DNA from: an uncultured virus (IMG/VR IMGVR_UViG_3300009785_000024)
Lineage: Duplodnaviria > Heunggongvirae > Uroviricota > Caudoviricetes
IMG/VR virus record: IMGVR_UViG_3300009785_000024
Direction: 5' to 3' (one strand)
DNA length: 20,000 nt
The position numbers and the translations under genes are program-made. Below, piece after piece: positions 9,248 through 17,135 of this stretch (the stretch's first letter is position 1; every line of letters starts with the position of its first letter). The notes below the pieces were generated by a model, which did not search any database, had not been told where the DNA came from, and saw nothing but the letters and a program-made list of their open reading frames with translations.

Positions 9248-10867
9248 TTATGCTATATTAATTACTCCACCCATACCGGAATGTGCAGTACATTGATAAT
9301 ATAAAGTAGAAGGTGCGTTCATTGGCACCGTAAATGTTATTGTTGCAACTGCTGACTCATTGTTGGTTACTCCAAAGCTGTATGCAGAACCACCTGACGC
9401 AGTTCTAATAGCAAATGGGTGACCAGAAGCATTTACTTCAAATTGATAAGTATGTGCTTTCTTTAAATAAAGCGTTGGGTCATTCTGTGCTGATGGAAAA
9501 CCATCACCATTAAATACATAATCAGTTGAACCATTTGGAGTTACCTGAAACTTTGCTGATACTCTAGTTGCCGGAGTATAATCATTAGGTTTCCATTGAC
9601 CACTACCACCTACATTTGTCCATACTAATACTTGTCCATATGCAGGAGCACTACTTGATGTGTCTACATCTGAAAGTAAATCAATTGAGTCATTTTCTGA
9701 TAATAAGTTAATCCAACCTGAAGCAGTAGCAAAGTATGCTTTTAGTGTACTTGTTGCAACAGCAAAAGCACCTGCACTATTTGAAGCATTTGGTAATGCA
9801 CCAGTGTTAGTAAAATCTGCCTTTACAATTGAACCAGAACCACTTAAACTTAATTTACCAGTTCCTTGAATTGTGAATCCTGAAGTATCTAGGTTTCCGC
9901 CAAGACTTGGTGCTGTATCTGTGACAACACTTGTCGTAATTGAACCAGGTCTAAATGCACTTGCACCAACATTCCATACTAATGCTTGTCCACTCGTAGG
10001 CGCTTGTGTAGTTGTATCAACATCACTTAAAGTGTCTATAGATGAAGTCGAAGCTAATATTTCGTTCCAAGCTCCGTTAGCTGCATAATAAGATTTGTAA
10101 GTTGATGTATCAACAGCAAATGCACCAGCGTAAGTTGTTGCATTTTCAAATCCTGCAAGAGCGTTACCGCCTTGTGCGATATAAGAACCAAGAGTTGAAG
10201 CTTTAATTTGAACATTACCAGAAGTTGTTCCAGTAAGTATAGCGTTGTCTATTGTTTTGTTTGATAAAGTTTGTGTATCTGCTAAAGTTATAACATCTGA
10301 ATTAATATCAAATTTAATTGTATCGTCTAAAACCGTTGAAGTTAATCCTGTACCACCTGTAAAGTTAAGAACATCACCTACCGTGTAATCGTCATTTGTT
10401 CCAACATCAGCAGATAAGTTAATTACAGAACCTACTTGTTTCCAATACATATCGGCAGCGCCGTCAGTTGCAAGTACATATGTTCCAGTACCAGCACCTG
10501 TAGGAAATCTTAAAGCACCGAATTTAATTCTACCGGTACCATTAGGAATAATATTAATATCACCACTTGATGTAGAAACAATATTGTTGTTATTAACATC
10601 TAAATCGCCGCCAAGTTGAGGAGTTGTATCTACAGATATATCACCAGCAGCCGCAGAAGCAGTTGGTTCAAATCTATTGTTTGATGTAGACCATTGGAGT
10701 ACTTGGTTAGATGTAGCACCAGTAGTTATTATCTGTAATGCAGAACCGTCACCTAAGGCTGTGTAGATTTCATTAAAGTTATCGTTAACTTTATCACCAC
10801 CAACACGCAGGTTATCACCTGTACCGTCATTTGCTGTACTACCTAATCCTATACTTTGTTTTGCCAT
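9248..10867 (-). CDS. Baseplate/tail-fibre connector-type protein (gp9/gp10-like N-terminus) with internal repeats and a C-terminal cupredoxin-like domain
   Basis: 539 aa. N-terminus MAKQSIGLGSTANDGTGDNLRVGGDKVNDNFNEIY..LGDG matches the T4 gp9/gp10 N-terminal motif. C-terminal NDPTLYL...GHPF...APSTLYYQCTAHSGMGG. Confidence 0.75.
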   Translation of the reverse strand: MAKQSIGLGSTANDGTGDNLRVGGDKVNDNFNEIYTALGDGSALQIITTGATSNQVLQWSTSNNRFEPTASAAAGDISVDTTPQLGGDLDVNNNNIVSTSSGDINIIPNGTGRIKFGALRFPTGAGTGTYVLATDGAADMYWKQVGSVINLSADVGTNDDYTVGDVLNFTGGTGLTSTVLDDTIKFDINSDVITLADTQTLSNKTIDNAILTGTTSGNVQIKASTLGSYIAQGGNALAGFENATTYAGAFAVDTSTYKSYYAANGAWNEILASTSSIDTLSDVDTTTQAPTSGQALVWNVGASAFRPGSITTSVVTDTAPSLGGNLDTSGFTIQGTGKLSLSGSGSIVKADFTNTGALPNASNSAGAFAVATSTLKAYFATASGWINLLSENDSIDLLSDVDTSSSAPAYGQVLVWTNVGGSGQWKPNDYTPATRVSAKFQVTPNGSTDYVFNGDGFPSAQNDPTLYLKKAHTYQFEVNASGHPFAIRTASGGSAYSFGVTNNESAVATITFTVPMNAPSTLYYQCTAHSGMGGVINIA

Positions 10868-10888
10868 ATTTTTATCTTCCTATCCTAA

Positions 10889-10896
10889 TATTTATA
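10889..10896 (-). promoter_or_regulatory. T4-type late promoter (TATAAATA)
   Basis: Exact TATAAATA on the minus strand in the intergenic gap, upstream of an SD (AGGA) and the ATG at 10867. Confidence 0.8.
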
Positions 10897-10903
10897 AGCG
10901 TTC

Positions 10904-13468
10904 TTATGTAGTTGAGCTAAACTTCGCCGTTGCACTACTAAATTTTTTCTGTGTATTACTAAATCTACCTTGAGGAACAAGTATTGCTGCCGGGTATGTA
11001 ATATAAGTCTTTGCAATAGTAGTTATATCTCCAAATTGCAAGTCTGTACCATCAGCTGCAGTATTTGTACCTATTGCCTTTAATTCCGATACTCTAGCCC
11101 AATTCATTGCAGAAGCAGACATAGATTGTTGAAAGTATTTATTGAAACTTCTTAATCGTGGTCCAGCATATACAGACCCAAAGTTTGTATTGACCGTTCT
11201 AAAGTTATAAAATGGTTTAAACTGAAACGAGAAAGCAATCTTTGTTCTATGTAAAGTTAAATCTCTTGTATCTGTTGCAAAAGGCGATTTTGCATTTTGT
11301 ACAACATCAGCTGCGACACCTAGTTGTAATGCGTTAGAACCACTTGCTCTTAATGAAGTACCATCATCTATAGTACCTAATCTTCTTCCAAAGATTGTAC
11401 CAAACAATGTATTCAATACAGAAATAAATGGACTTGCCTCAATACCAGTAACCCTACCAATAACAGGCATTCTATTTTTCGCATTAAGTCTACTTTCAAT
11501 GTTTACTTGTGCAGTAAAGTAGAAACCAGCAGGGTGCATTGTCTTTTTAAATGCGTCTCTCCATGTGTCAATAGTACGACCTACTTTAATTACATACGAG
11601 AAGTCCTGATAGTATAAACTATCTTGTACTTTCATAGTTGTTTCTGATAAGTGACCATCTTCTGAAATATATTTACCTTCACTTGTAGAAGTACCTACAA
11701 TTTCGACCGTTGCAGTTGCAACATCTGTTTTTGCCATTAGACCGGTAACACCTGAAATACTACCTGTCATTACTTCGTGTCCTACAAATGCACCTGTAAT
11801 ATTCTTTAATCTTAATAGACCTCTAGTAGAATCCCAAGATAAAACTACACCAGTATTACTTGATGTACCACCAGTGATTGTTTCACCGGCAACATAGTTA
11901 CCTGTATGACCTAATATAAGAATTGCTTGTGGTAATTTAACCGTTGGTGGAGATGGACTTAAATCGTGTTTAAGACCAGACTCGATAGTAGTAATACCTA
12001 GAAGTTTTCCAATTTCAGTTCCATATGCGTATATCTCAGCAGATAAACCATTATCAGTTGCAATCGTAACCGTAGGTAAACTTGTATAACCAGAACCACT
12101 TTTAATTAATCTAATATCTGTAATATCACCAAGACCACTTTCTAAAACTATTTTATCACCAGGGTTGATGTCATTCTTACTTGTTGCGTCTTCAAATATG
12201 ATATGGTCATAACCACTAGAAGCTTCTCCTGCTATTGCACCGTTAACTACAGCAACTTCTGCTACAGCACCGGCACCGTTTGTATTTGCATTATTGAAAA
12301 CTAGTTGGTCTCCAATTTGATATTGTGAACCGTTTGCATTAATATAAAATTCTGAAATACCACCAGCACCTATTTCACCGACTTGGCAGTTTGCACCACC
12401 ACCGCCACCTACTAAATCGACTTGTTCGTTATCTGTGAAGAGTGAACCATCATTAGTAATTGTAAACTTACCAGGTATACCGGTAACATCTGATTTAATA
12501 TATAAGTCATCTGTATCACTTGCAGTACCTCTAATTGTTTCACCAACTTGGAATGTACCTACAATACTTTCTTGGTTTAATAAAAATTCTGATACGACTT
12601 CACTTGATATTTGGAAACGAGATATGTTTTCTACAATTGCAGTTGCACCTGAAGTTATACCTGTAATTTGTCTACCAAGTAATTTACCTGTATCACCGAT
12701 TGAGTTAATACATCTTAATATTGTATTTGATGTAAACTCACCATCTGATACTCTAAGCATTTGTTCTTTAGGATAAAATGTTTCAGAAGAAATACCAAAT
12801 AGTAATCTAAAAAATAATTCGTGTCCTTTTGCAGTACCTTTAGTACGATATAAAGATTTTACTCTTTTAATTAATTCTCTTTTGTTTAGACCTTCTGTTA
12901 AATTTTCTGGTATTGTAGTTAGTACTTCATTTCTAAATTGACCTAAGAAATGTGAGATAACTTTATCAGGATCCCTAAACGATAATAAGTCTTGTATTGT
13001 TTTTACTGGATTAGGTCTATACTTTCCAGATACACCAGACGCACCAGAAGAAACTCCAGTGACCGTTTCACCTTCTATAAATTTATCTTCTGCTGTAATG
13101 AATAATCTTCCGTTTAATAAATCTTCTGTAAGTATTACTGCTGTCGCATTAGAAGTTTCGCCTTTAATAGTTTCACCATTTGTGAATTTACCAAATGATG
13201 ATTGTTCTTGTAAGATTTTAGAACCTGCGTCTATTTGAGTTGCTTCTGAACCAAGTCTACTTGCGTCTAATAATAAAGTATTAGATTGACCTGTTTCTGT
13301 TTCAAGTAATATACCGTCTGTTGATTGAGAAGATGAAATAGAAAGCTCAGCGGCTTCCATTAATTGGAAATAAGTTTTTACAAACTCTAAAAATTTAGGA
13401 TGCTCTTCAATTACAAAATCAGGTACTTGACCTTGTAAAAGGTTTGTAATCTTTTTATTAAACTTCAT
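10904..13468 (-). CDS. Baseplate wedge protein, gp7-like (wedge initiator position)
   Basis: 854 aa, directly downstream of gp6. Q.PDFV.EEHPKFLEF.K.YF; LIK..KSLYRTKGT.KGHELFFRLLFG; QDSLYYQDFSYVIK...W.DAFKK.MHPAGF, motifs seen in the gp7-type wedge proteins of marine T4-like phages. Confidence 0.7.
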   Translation of the reverse strand: MKFNKKITNLLQGQVPDFVIEEHPKFLEFVKTYFQLMEAAELSISSSQSTDGILLETETGQSNTLLLDASRLGSEATQIDAGSKILQEQSSFGKFTNGETIKGETSNATAVILTEDLLNGRLFITAEDKFIEGETVTGVSSGASGVSGKYRPNPVKTIQDLLSFRDPDKVISHFLGQFRNEVLTTIPENLTEGLNKRELIKRVKSLYRTKGTAKGHELFFRLLFGISSETFYPKEQMLRVSDGEFTSNTILRCINSIGDTGKLLGRQITGITSGATAIVENISRFQISSEVVSEFLLNQESIVGTFQVGETIRGTASDTDDLYIKSDVTGIPGKFTITNDGSLFTDNEQVDLVGGGGGANCQVGEIGAGGISEFYINANGSQYQIGDQLVFNNANTNGAGAVAEVAVVNGAIAGEASSGYDHIIFEDATSKNDINPGDKIVLESGLGDITDIRLIKSGSGYTSLPTVTIATDNGLSAEIYAYGTEIGKLLGITTIESGLKHDLSPSPPTVKLPQAILILGHTGNYVAGETITGGTSSNTGVVLSWDSTRGLLRLKNITGAFVGHEVMTGSISGVTGLMAKTDVATATVEIVGTSTSEGKYISEDGHLSETTMKVQDSLYYQDFSYVIKVGRTIDTWRDAFKKTMHPAGFYFTAQVNIESRLNAKNRMPVIGRVTGIEASPFISVLNTLFGTIFGRRLGTIDDGTSLRASGSNALQLGVAADVVQNAKSPFATDTRDLTLHRTKIAFSFQFKPFYNFRTVNTNFGSVYAGPRLRSFNKYFQQSMSASAMNWARVSELKAIGTNTAADGTDLQFGDITTIAKTYITYPAAILVPQGRFSNTQKKFSSATAKFSSTT

Positions 13469-13472
13469 TTAA

Positions 13473-15326
13473 TTAATATGCTGAAGTGGTAGTATAACCA
13501 ACACCGGCATCCGAGCTTCCACCGACAAAGGAATCCTTGTCAACCGAAATTGTTGAATTAGGAATATCTAACTCTAAAATTTGGTCTCTAACAGGAACAA
13601 TGTCATTTGAAGCAGGTTGCACGGTCAGTTCTATCACCGTTGAAGCACTCCCTCTTATATTTGAAATTTCTGTAATCTGTAGTGAGTTAATTGTAATCTC
13701 ACCAGTTGTGTAATCAATCGTGCCTTGTGTTGAGTTAGTATAAACTCTAGTCGCACCTGATAGATAATATCTTCTTATGTTACCATTACCGTCATCATCT
13801 AAAAGTTGTTCGTTAGTAGAACCTTGTATTTTAAAACCAGATGATGAAACAACACCACCAGCAGTTGAGTTATGACTAGTATGTGGATTGTAAACAGCAT
13901 TTCTAAAGAATACACTATACTTCAAAGATGAATTTAAAGTAGGTGTAAATGATTTTCTTATCTTTAGTGTTGTTGTGTTAGATAGTATACTATTGTCTGT
14001 ATCGTCAATTAGTTTAACGACTTTAGAATGTCTAAACATACTATCGAATTTTTGTAGTGTAGATACATTGTAAGTACCTAATAAAGTAATGATGTTTGCT
14101 TTAATTGTTGCAGAGTCTTTTGTTGTTGCTCTTTCGTCATACTTTGCAGTTGAAGTTAAAACAATACTTGTGATTTCAGGATCCACAATAACAGGTGAAA
14201 CTGAAGCAACATTATATTCTTTTAATTGTTTTATGATATCTGATTTAGATTGTGTTGTTAATGAAGAACCGCTCATAGGTTTGATTGCAATTTTTACAAT
14301 ACCATAAACTGGTGTCTCATCATCTTCTCCACCCCAAGCACTAACTGATTGTGCGTTAGGATAAATTGACATTACTTTTGTTTCGTAATCAGAAGTAGTA
14401 ACCGCTCTGTCTTGTGCTGTATATTGTAGAGGTGCATTGAAACGAATACTCTCTTTTGTTTCTGCTGATGAACCACCACCTGCAGCTGATACGGTTGTAA
14501 CCGTTATATTAGAGAAGCCACCGATACTCCCTGCAGGATTAAATAAGTTTGCACCGTTAGAGTCTGTTTTGTTGGTAACAATGTACTCCATAATAATAAT
14601 GTTACCACTTTCTAATTTCTTACCTATAATACCATCACCAAATTTAACTTCAAACTTACCTGTATCTGTTTCAGACAAGAAGTATATTTTACTTTTGTTA
14701 TTTAATTTTAACAATCCAGAAACACTTGTGTATGTTTCTGAATCTGTATTTGTTAAACTTTTTTGTACTTTAATTTTTAATGTTGTTGTATCAGCGTCAA
14801 TACTAGGTATTAGATATTTTTGGTCTGGGTCTAGTGTGTCAACCGTATATCTAAAGGTTACAGGTGTACCTTCGTAAACTGGTACACTAGAAAATTTGTA
14901 AATACCATCAACTGGTGAAGTTGTAGTATCTGTATTAGTAATAAAGTTATAAGTTGTTCCGTCTACAGAAGTTGTAAATACAGAACCTTTACTCATAGTT
15001 AGTGTTGTACCTCTTGCGTCATTAACTACAATGTCAATTGAAGCCATTGGTGCTTTTACCGAATGAGGAGTATAACCTAACATCTTTGCTAATGAAACAA
15101 TGTTTGCTCTAACATCAGCAGAATCCAAATACATTTCGTTTGCTAACATATTAGCATTGAAACCTAAATAGTGTGTATTGTAAGCAAGTAAGTCTAGTAG
15201 TACAGCAAAACCACTACCTTCAAAGTTGTAGTCTGAAAATTCAGGTTGTGCTTGTAAAAATACTTTTAAATTTGTTTTTATCTGGTCAAAATCCAGTTCA
15301 GTAATATCTAGTTTGGTACTTGCCAT
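13473..15326 (-). CDS. gp6: Baseplate wedge subunit, T4 gp6-like
   Basis: 617 aa. ELDFDQIK.NLK.FL..Q.EFSDYNFEGSG..VLLDLLAYNTHY..FNANM..NE.YLDSA; FGDGIIGKKL; ESIRFNAP..Y.AQDRAVT..DY. Confidence 0.93.
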   Translation of the reverse strand: MASTKLDITELDFDQIKTNLKVFLQAQPEFSDYNFEGSGFAVLLDLLAYNTHYLGFNANMLANEMYLDSADVRANIVSLAKMLGYTPHSVKAPMASIDIVVNDARGTTLTMSKGSVFTTSVDGTTYNFITNTDTTTSPVDGIYKFSSVPVYEGTPVTFRYTVDTLDPDQKYLIPSIDADTTTLKIKVQKSLTNTDSETYTSVSGLLKLNNKSKIYFLSETDTGKFEVKFGDGIIGKKLESGNIIIMEYIVTNKTDSNGANLFNPAGSIGGFSNITVTTVSAAGGGSSAETKESIRFNAPLQYTAQDRAVTTSDYETKVMSIYPNAQSVSAWGGEDDETPVYGIVKIAIKPMSGSSLTTQSKSDIIKQLKEYNVASVSPVIVDPEITSIVLTSTAKYDERATTKDSATIKANIITLLGTYNVSTLQKFDSMFRHSKVVKLIDDTDNSILSNTTTLKIRKSFTPTLNSSLKYSVFFRNAVYNPHTSHNSTAGGVVSSSGFKIQGSTNEQLLDDDGNGNIRRYYLSGATRVYTNSTQGTIDYTTGEITINSLQITEISNIRGSASTVIELTVQPASNDIVPVRDQILELDIPNSTISVDKDSFVGGSSDAGVGYTTTSAY

Positions 15327-15336
15327 TTTTTATTTC

Positions 15337-15570
15337 CTATTGTGCGTCATAGTAAGTTTTTGATAACTCACCACTCTCTTGTGTTTGACCTGTTTTTCTA
15401 CATCTAATATATGTTGCTACCGTACCGCCACCTGGTTTAGTATATGTTCTAATTCCGTTTGCGATTACTGAATTAGCGCCATCTGCTGAATCGGAATATG
15501 TATTTGCAGCCGTAGCTGTGTTTTCATATTGCCATAATGAATTACTTCCTGGTACCGTTACCCACGCCAT
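15337..15570 (-). CDS. Hypothetical protein (77 aa) between gp25 and gp6, probably a small virion component
   Basis: ATG overlaps the gp25 stop (TAATG), implying translational coupling; SD GAGG upstream; composition like the neighbouring structural genes. Confidence 0.7.
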   Translation of the reverse strand: MAWVTVPGSNSLWQYENTATAANTYSDSADGANSVIANGIRTYTKPGGGTVATYIRCRKTGQTQESGELSKTYYDAQ

Positions 15571-15995
15571 TATCTTAACCTCTGTAAAAATGTTTCAACA
15601 ATGATTGGTGATTGAATACCAACAACATAGAAACTGATTTGTAAATGATATCTATTTGCGTCAATGTCTGGAGCCGCAATGATACTTTCTATACTTGCTC
15701 TTGGTTCAAAATTAAGTAGAACCTCAGCAACTTTTCTTTCTAAATTAAGAGCAGTCAAAGGTGTCATAAGTTCAAACAACAATGCTCTTACATCACTTCC
15801 TATTTCTGGATGAAAAGGTCTCTCATAATGATTTGTCTGTATTAAATTCTTTACACTTCTTTTAACAGCGTCTACATCAACAAGTTTTACCACATCTCCT
15901 GTAACCGGATTTCTTGTGAAATCAAGGTCTAAATCAGAATAAATCCTGTTTACTCTTTTCTTACTTGTACTTGCTTTTGAATCGTAGAATGCCAT
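15570..15995 (-). CDS. gp25: Baseplate wedge subunit gp25 (GPW/gp25 family)
   Basis: 141 aa. YSDLDLDFTRNPVTGDV..L.DVDAVKRSVKNLI.TNHYERPFHPEIGS.VR.LLFE...FEPR; C-terminal FLQRLR. Confidence 0.93.
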   Translation of the reverse strand: MAFYDSKASTSKKRVNRIYSDLDLDFTRNPVTGDVVKLVDVDAVKRSVKNLIQTNHYERPFHPEIGSDVRALLFELMTPLTALNLERKVAEVLLNFEPRASIESIIAAPDIDANRYHLQISFYVVGIQSPIIVETFLQRLR

Positions 15996-16014
15996 AGTTT
16001 TTCCTTTGTACTAA

Positions 16015-16022
16015 TATTTATA
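16015..16022 (-). promoter_or_regulatory. T4-type late promoter (TATAAATA) for gp25-gp6-gp7
   Basis: Exact TATAAATA on the minus strand just after the PAAR stop, upstream of an SD (AAGGA) and the ATG at 15995. Confidence 0.8.
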
Positions 16023-16024
16023 CA

Positions 16025-16312
16025 CTAACCAGCAAAGACATTTGGACTTCCTGCGGCTACACTCGTACAACCTGAAATACCATCACCAACACGACCACAA
16101 CCTTTACCATTAATGAACACCGTACTACTACCACTCGCTATAGGGGCAGCATGGGCAGGACAAGGCACACCAGGTAGTAAGTGAGTTGTATTAACATCTC
16201 CCTGTCTACTAACTGCTATACCGTTAGCATTGACATTTGGACTACCGACTGCTCTTGACATTCCTGAACAATGAGCAACATCAGCGTCTCCTATCCTCGT
16301 AACCGCAGGCAT
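16025..16312 (-). CDS. PAAR-repeat spike-tip protein (T4 gp5.4-like)
   Basis: 95 aa. Three PAAR-type repeats (PAVTRIGD, IAVSRQGD, KGCGRVGD), GSPNV / GSSTVFING motifs, and His/Cys residues suitable for the tip metal site. Confidence 0.92.
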   Translation of the reverse strand: MPAVTRIGDADVAHCSGMSRAVGSPNVNANGIAVSRQGDVNTTHLLPGVPCPAHAAPIASGSSTVFINGKGCGRVGDGISGCTSVAAGSPNVFAG

Positions 16313-16500
16313 TCTCTCTCCATTAATTGTTTTAATTTGTTGTTAAAGGTTTCTATGTAATTATGTTCTTCTTCTGTATGTGGTGGAGTAGGATAATTAG
16401 GCTCAAAAGATATGACCGCACCTATCTCATTAGGAATTTCATCATATTGAGTATAGGTGTGGAGATTATTGTTAATTTTGACAACAAATTTACCTTCCAC
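16291..16500 (-). CDS. Hypothetical protein (69 aa)
   Basis: GTG start overlaps the upstream stop (TAGTG); 3' end overlaps the PAAR start by 22 nt; P-x-P-P-H-T-E-E-E-H motif. Confidence 0.7.
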   Translation of the reverse strand: MEGKFVVKINNNLHTYTQYDEIPNEIGAVISFEPNYPTPPHTEEEHNYIETFNNKLKQLMERECLRLRG

Positions 16501-16649
16501 TATTTTCCCTGACCGTTATACGCTTTCCAACTTCTTTTTTTACTCTTATTCATTGATGATTTCTTAATCATCTTTTTTCTAACCCCTTGGGAAGACTTTT
16601 TTCCCTTAGGTTTGTTATAGCCACTCGTACCGAGCTTCTGTAATGCCAT
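16500..16649 (-). CDS. Very basic 49-aa protein (MALQKLGTSGYNKPKGKKSSQGVRKKMIKKSSMNKSKKRSWKAYNGQGK)
   Basis: Not in the ORF track; translated by hand. SD AAGGA and a late-promoter variant (CTAAATA) upstream; stop coupled to the next start. The K-x-Y-x-G-Q-G end resembles small basic proteins found upstream of PAAR genes in marine T4-like phages. Confidence 0.8.
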   Translation of the reverse strand: MALQKLGTSGYNKPKGKKSSQGVRKKMIKKSSMNKSKKRSWKAYNGQGK

Positions 16650-16668
16650 AAAATCCTTTTGTTAAGTA

Positions 16669-16675
16669 TATTTAG
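16669..16675 (-). promoter_or_regulatory. Late promoter variant (CTAAATA)
   Basis: ACTAAATA on the minus strand, about 20 nt upstream of the ATG at 16649, at the head of the structural cluster. Confidence 0.6.
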
Positions 16676-16682
16676 TTGATTT

Positions 16683-16874
16683 TTAAAAAGGACACGCAAA
16701 ATTACCTGCTCTTACTTCAATTTCTCGGTCATTTCGTATTCCGTTTTCAATTGATTCGCTAATTTTTTTGTAATCTGGCGTAAATTTACATTTTTCTACC
16801 TGGATTGAGCAATTTGTAAGAACAAAAAGCGAACAAAGTAAAAAAAAGTAAGAAAAATGTGTTTTTTTTGGCAT
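16683..16874 (-). CDS. Putative small lipoprotein/membrane protein (63 aa from the ATG at 16874)
   Basis: MPKKTHFSYFFLLCSLFVLTNC: basic N-terminus, hydrophobic stretch, lipobox-like LTN-C, then two further Cys. The SD is weak, and the 5' part overlaps the A/T tracts of the divergent promoter. Confidence 0.45.
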   Translation of the reverse strand: MPKKTHFSYFFLLCSLFVLTNCSIQVEKCKFTPDYKKISESIENGIRNDREIEVRAGNFACPF

Positions 16875-16890
16875 TTTGCTCGTTTTTTGC

Positions 16891-16919
16891 TTGACATTGA
16901 TTGATAAGTGTTGTATTAT
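16891..16919 (+). promoter_or_regulatory. Sigma70-type early promoter 1 (TTGACA-17-TATTAT) with upstream A/T tracts
   Basis: TTGACA 16891-16896, 17-nt spacer, TATTAT 16914-16919; UP-element-like T/A tracts upstream; SD AGAGAGGA 16941-16948; ATG 16958. Confidence 0.8.
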
Positions 16920-16957
16920 GTATGTATAAGTTAACAAAAAAGAGAGGACAAAACACT

Positions 16958-17134
16958 ATGAGTACATTTTTTGCTATGATAACTATACTTTCTGCCATTA
17001 TGGCAGTTGGTTCAATTGAAGATTGCGGAGGTTCTTGTTTAGGACAAGAAAACTGGATTTTATTCGGATTTTGCTTGACATCAATGATAATATGTGGTAT
17101 AATAACTCTATTAACACAAAAAGAAGGACAATAA
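16958..17134 (+). CDS. Small membrane protein with two hydrophobic helices (58 aa)
   Basis: Start reassigned to ATG 16958, which follows the SD. MSTFFAMITILSAIMAVGSIEDCGGSCLGQENWILFGFCLTSMIICGIITLLTQKEGQ; hydrophobic segments flank a C-G-G-S-C loop. Confidence 0.6.
   Translation: MSTFFAMITILSAIMAVGSIEDCGGSCLGQENWILFGFCLTSMIICGIITLLTQKEGQ
17075..17103 (+). promoter_or_regulatory. Sigma70-type early promoter 2, perfect consensus with extended -10
   Basis: TTGACA 17075-17080, 17-nt spacer ending TGG, TATAAT 17098-17103. Lies inside the 58-aa ORF; followed by SD GAAGGA and ATG 17136. Confidence 0.85.
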
Positions 17135-17135
17135 T

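Noticed and set aside
71..14877. Plus-strand ORFs antisense to the structural genes (71-343, 665-1495, 2324-2587, 3206-3505, 3698-4024, 8339-8656, 9660-9869, 9873-10088, 12435-12776, 14089-14307, 14437-14877)
   Set aside because: Shadow ORFs. They lie opposite well-supported genes, their Val/Pro/Ser-rich translations mirror the Thr/Gly-rich codons of the real strand, and they have no family motifs or convincing RBS.
13473..16312. PAAR + gp25 + gp6 as a type VI secretion or extracellular contractile injection locus
   Set aside because: The gp6/gp7/gp8/gp9-type genes, VrlC-like protein and TATAAATA late promoters indicate a T4-like phage baseplate; no TssJLM, ClpV or Afp-type genes are present.
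16586..16610. Short inverted repeat GGGAA...TTCCC as a possible terminator
   Set aside because: Only about 5 bp of stem, inside the 49-aa basic ORF, and explained by Lys/Gly/Ser codons.
16786..16998. 70-aa minus-strand ORF across the early promoter
   Set aside because: Overlaps promoter 1, its SD and two better-supported ORFs; low-complexity translation of A/T tracts.
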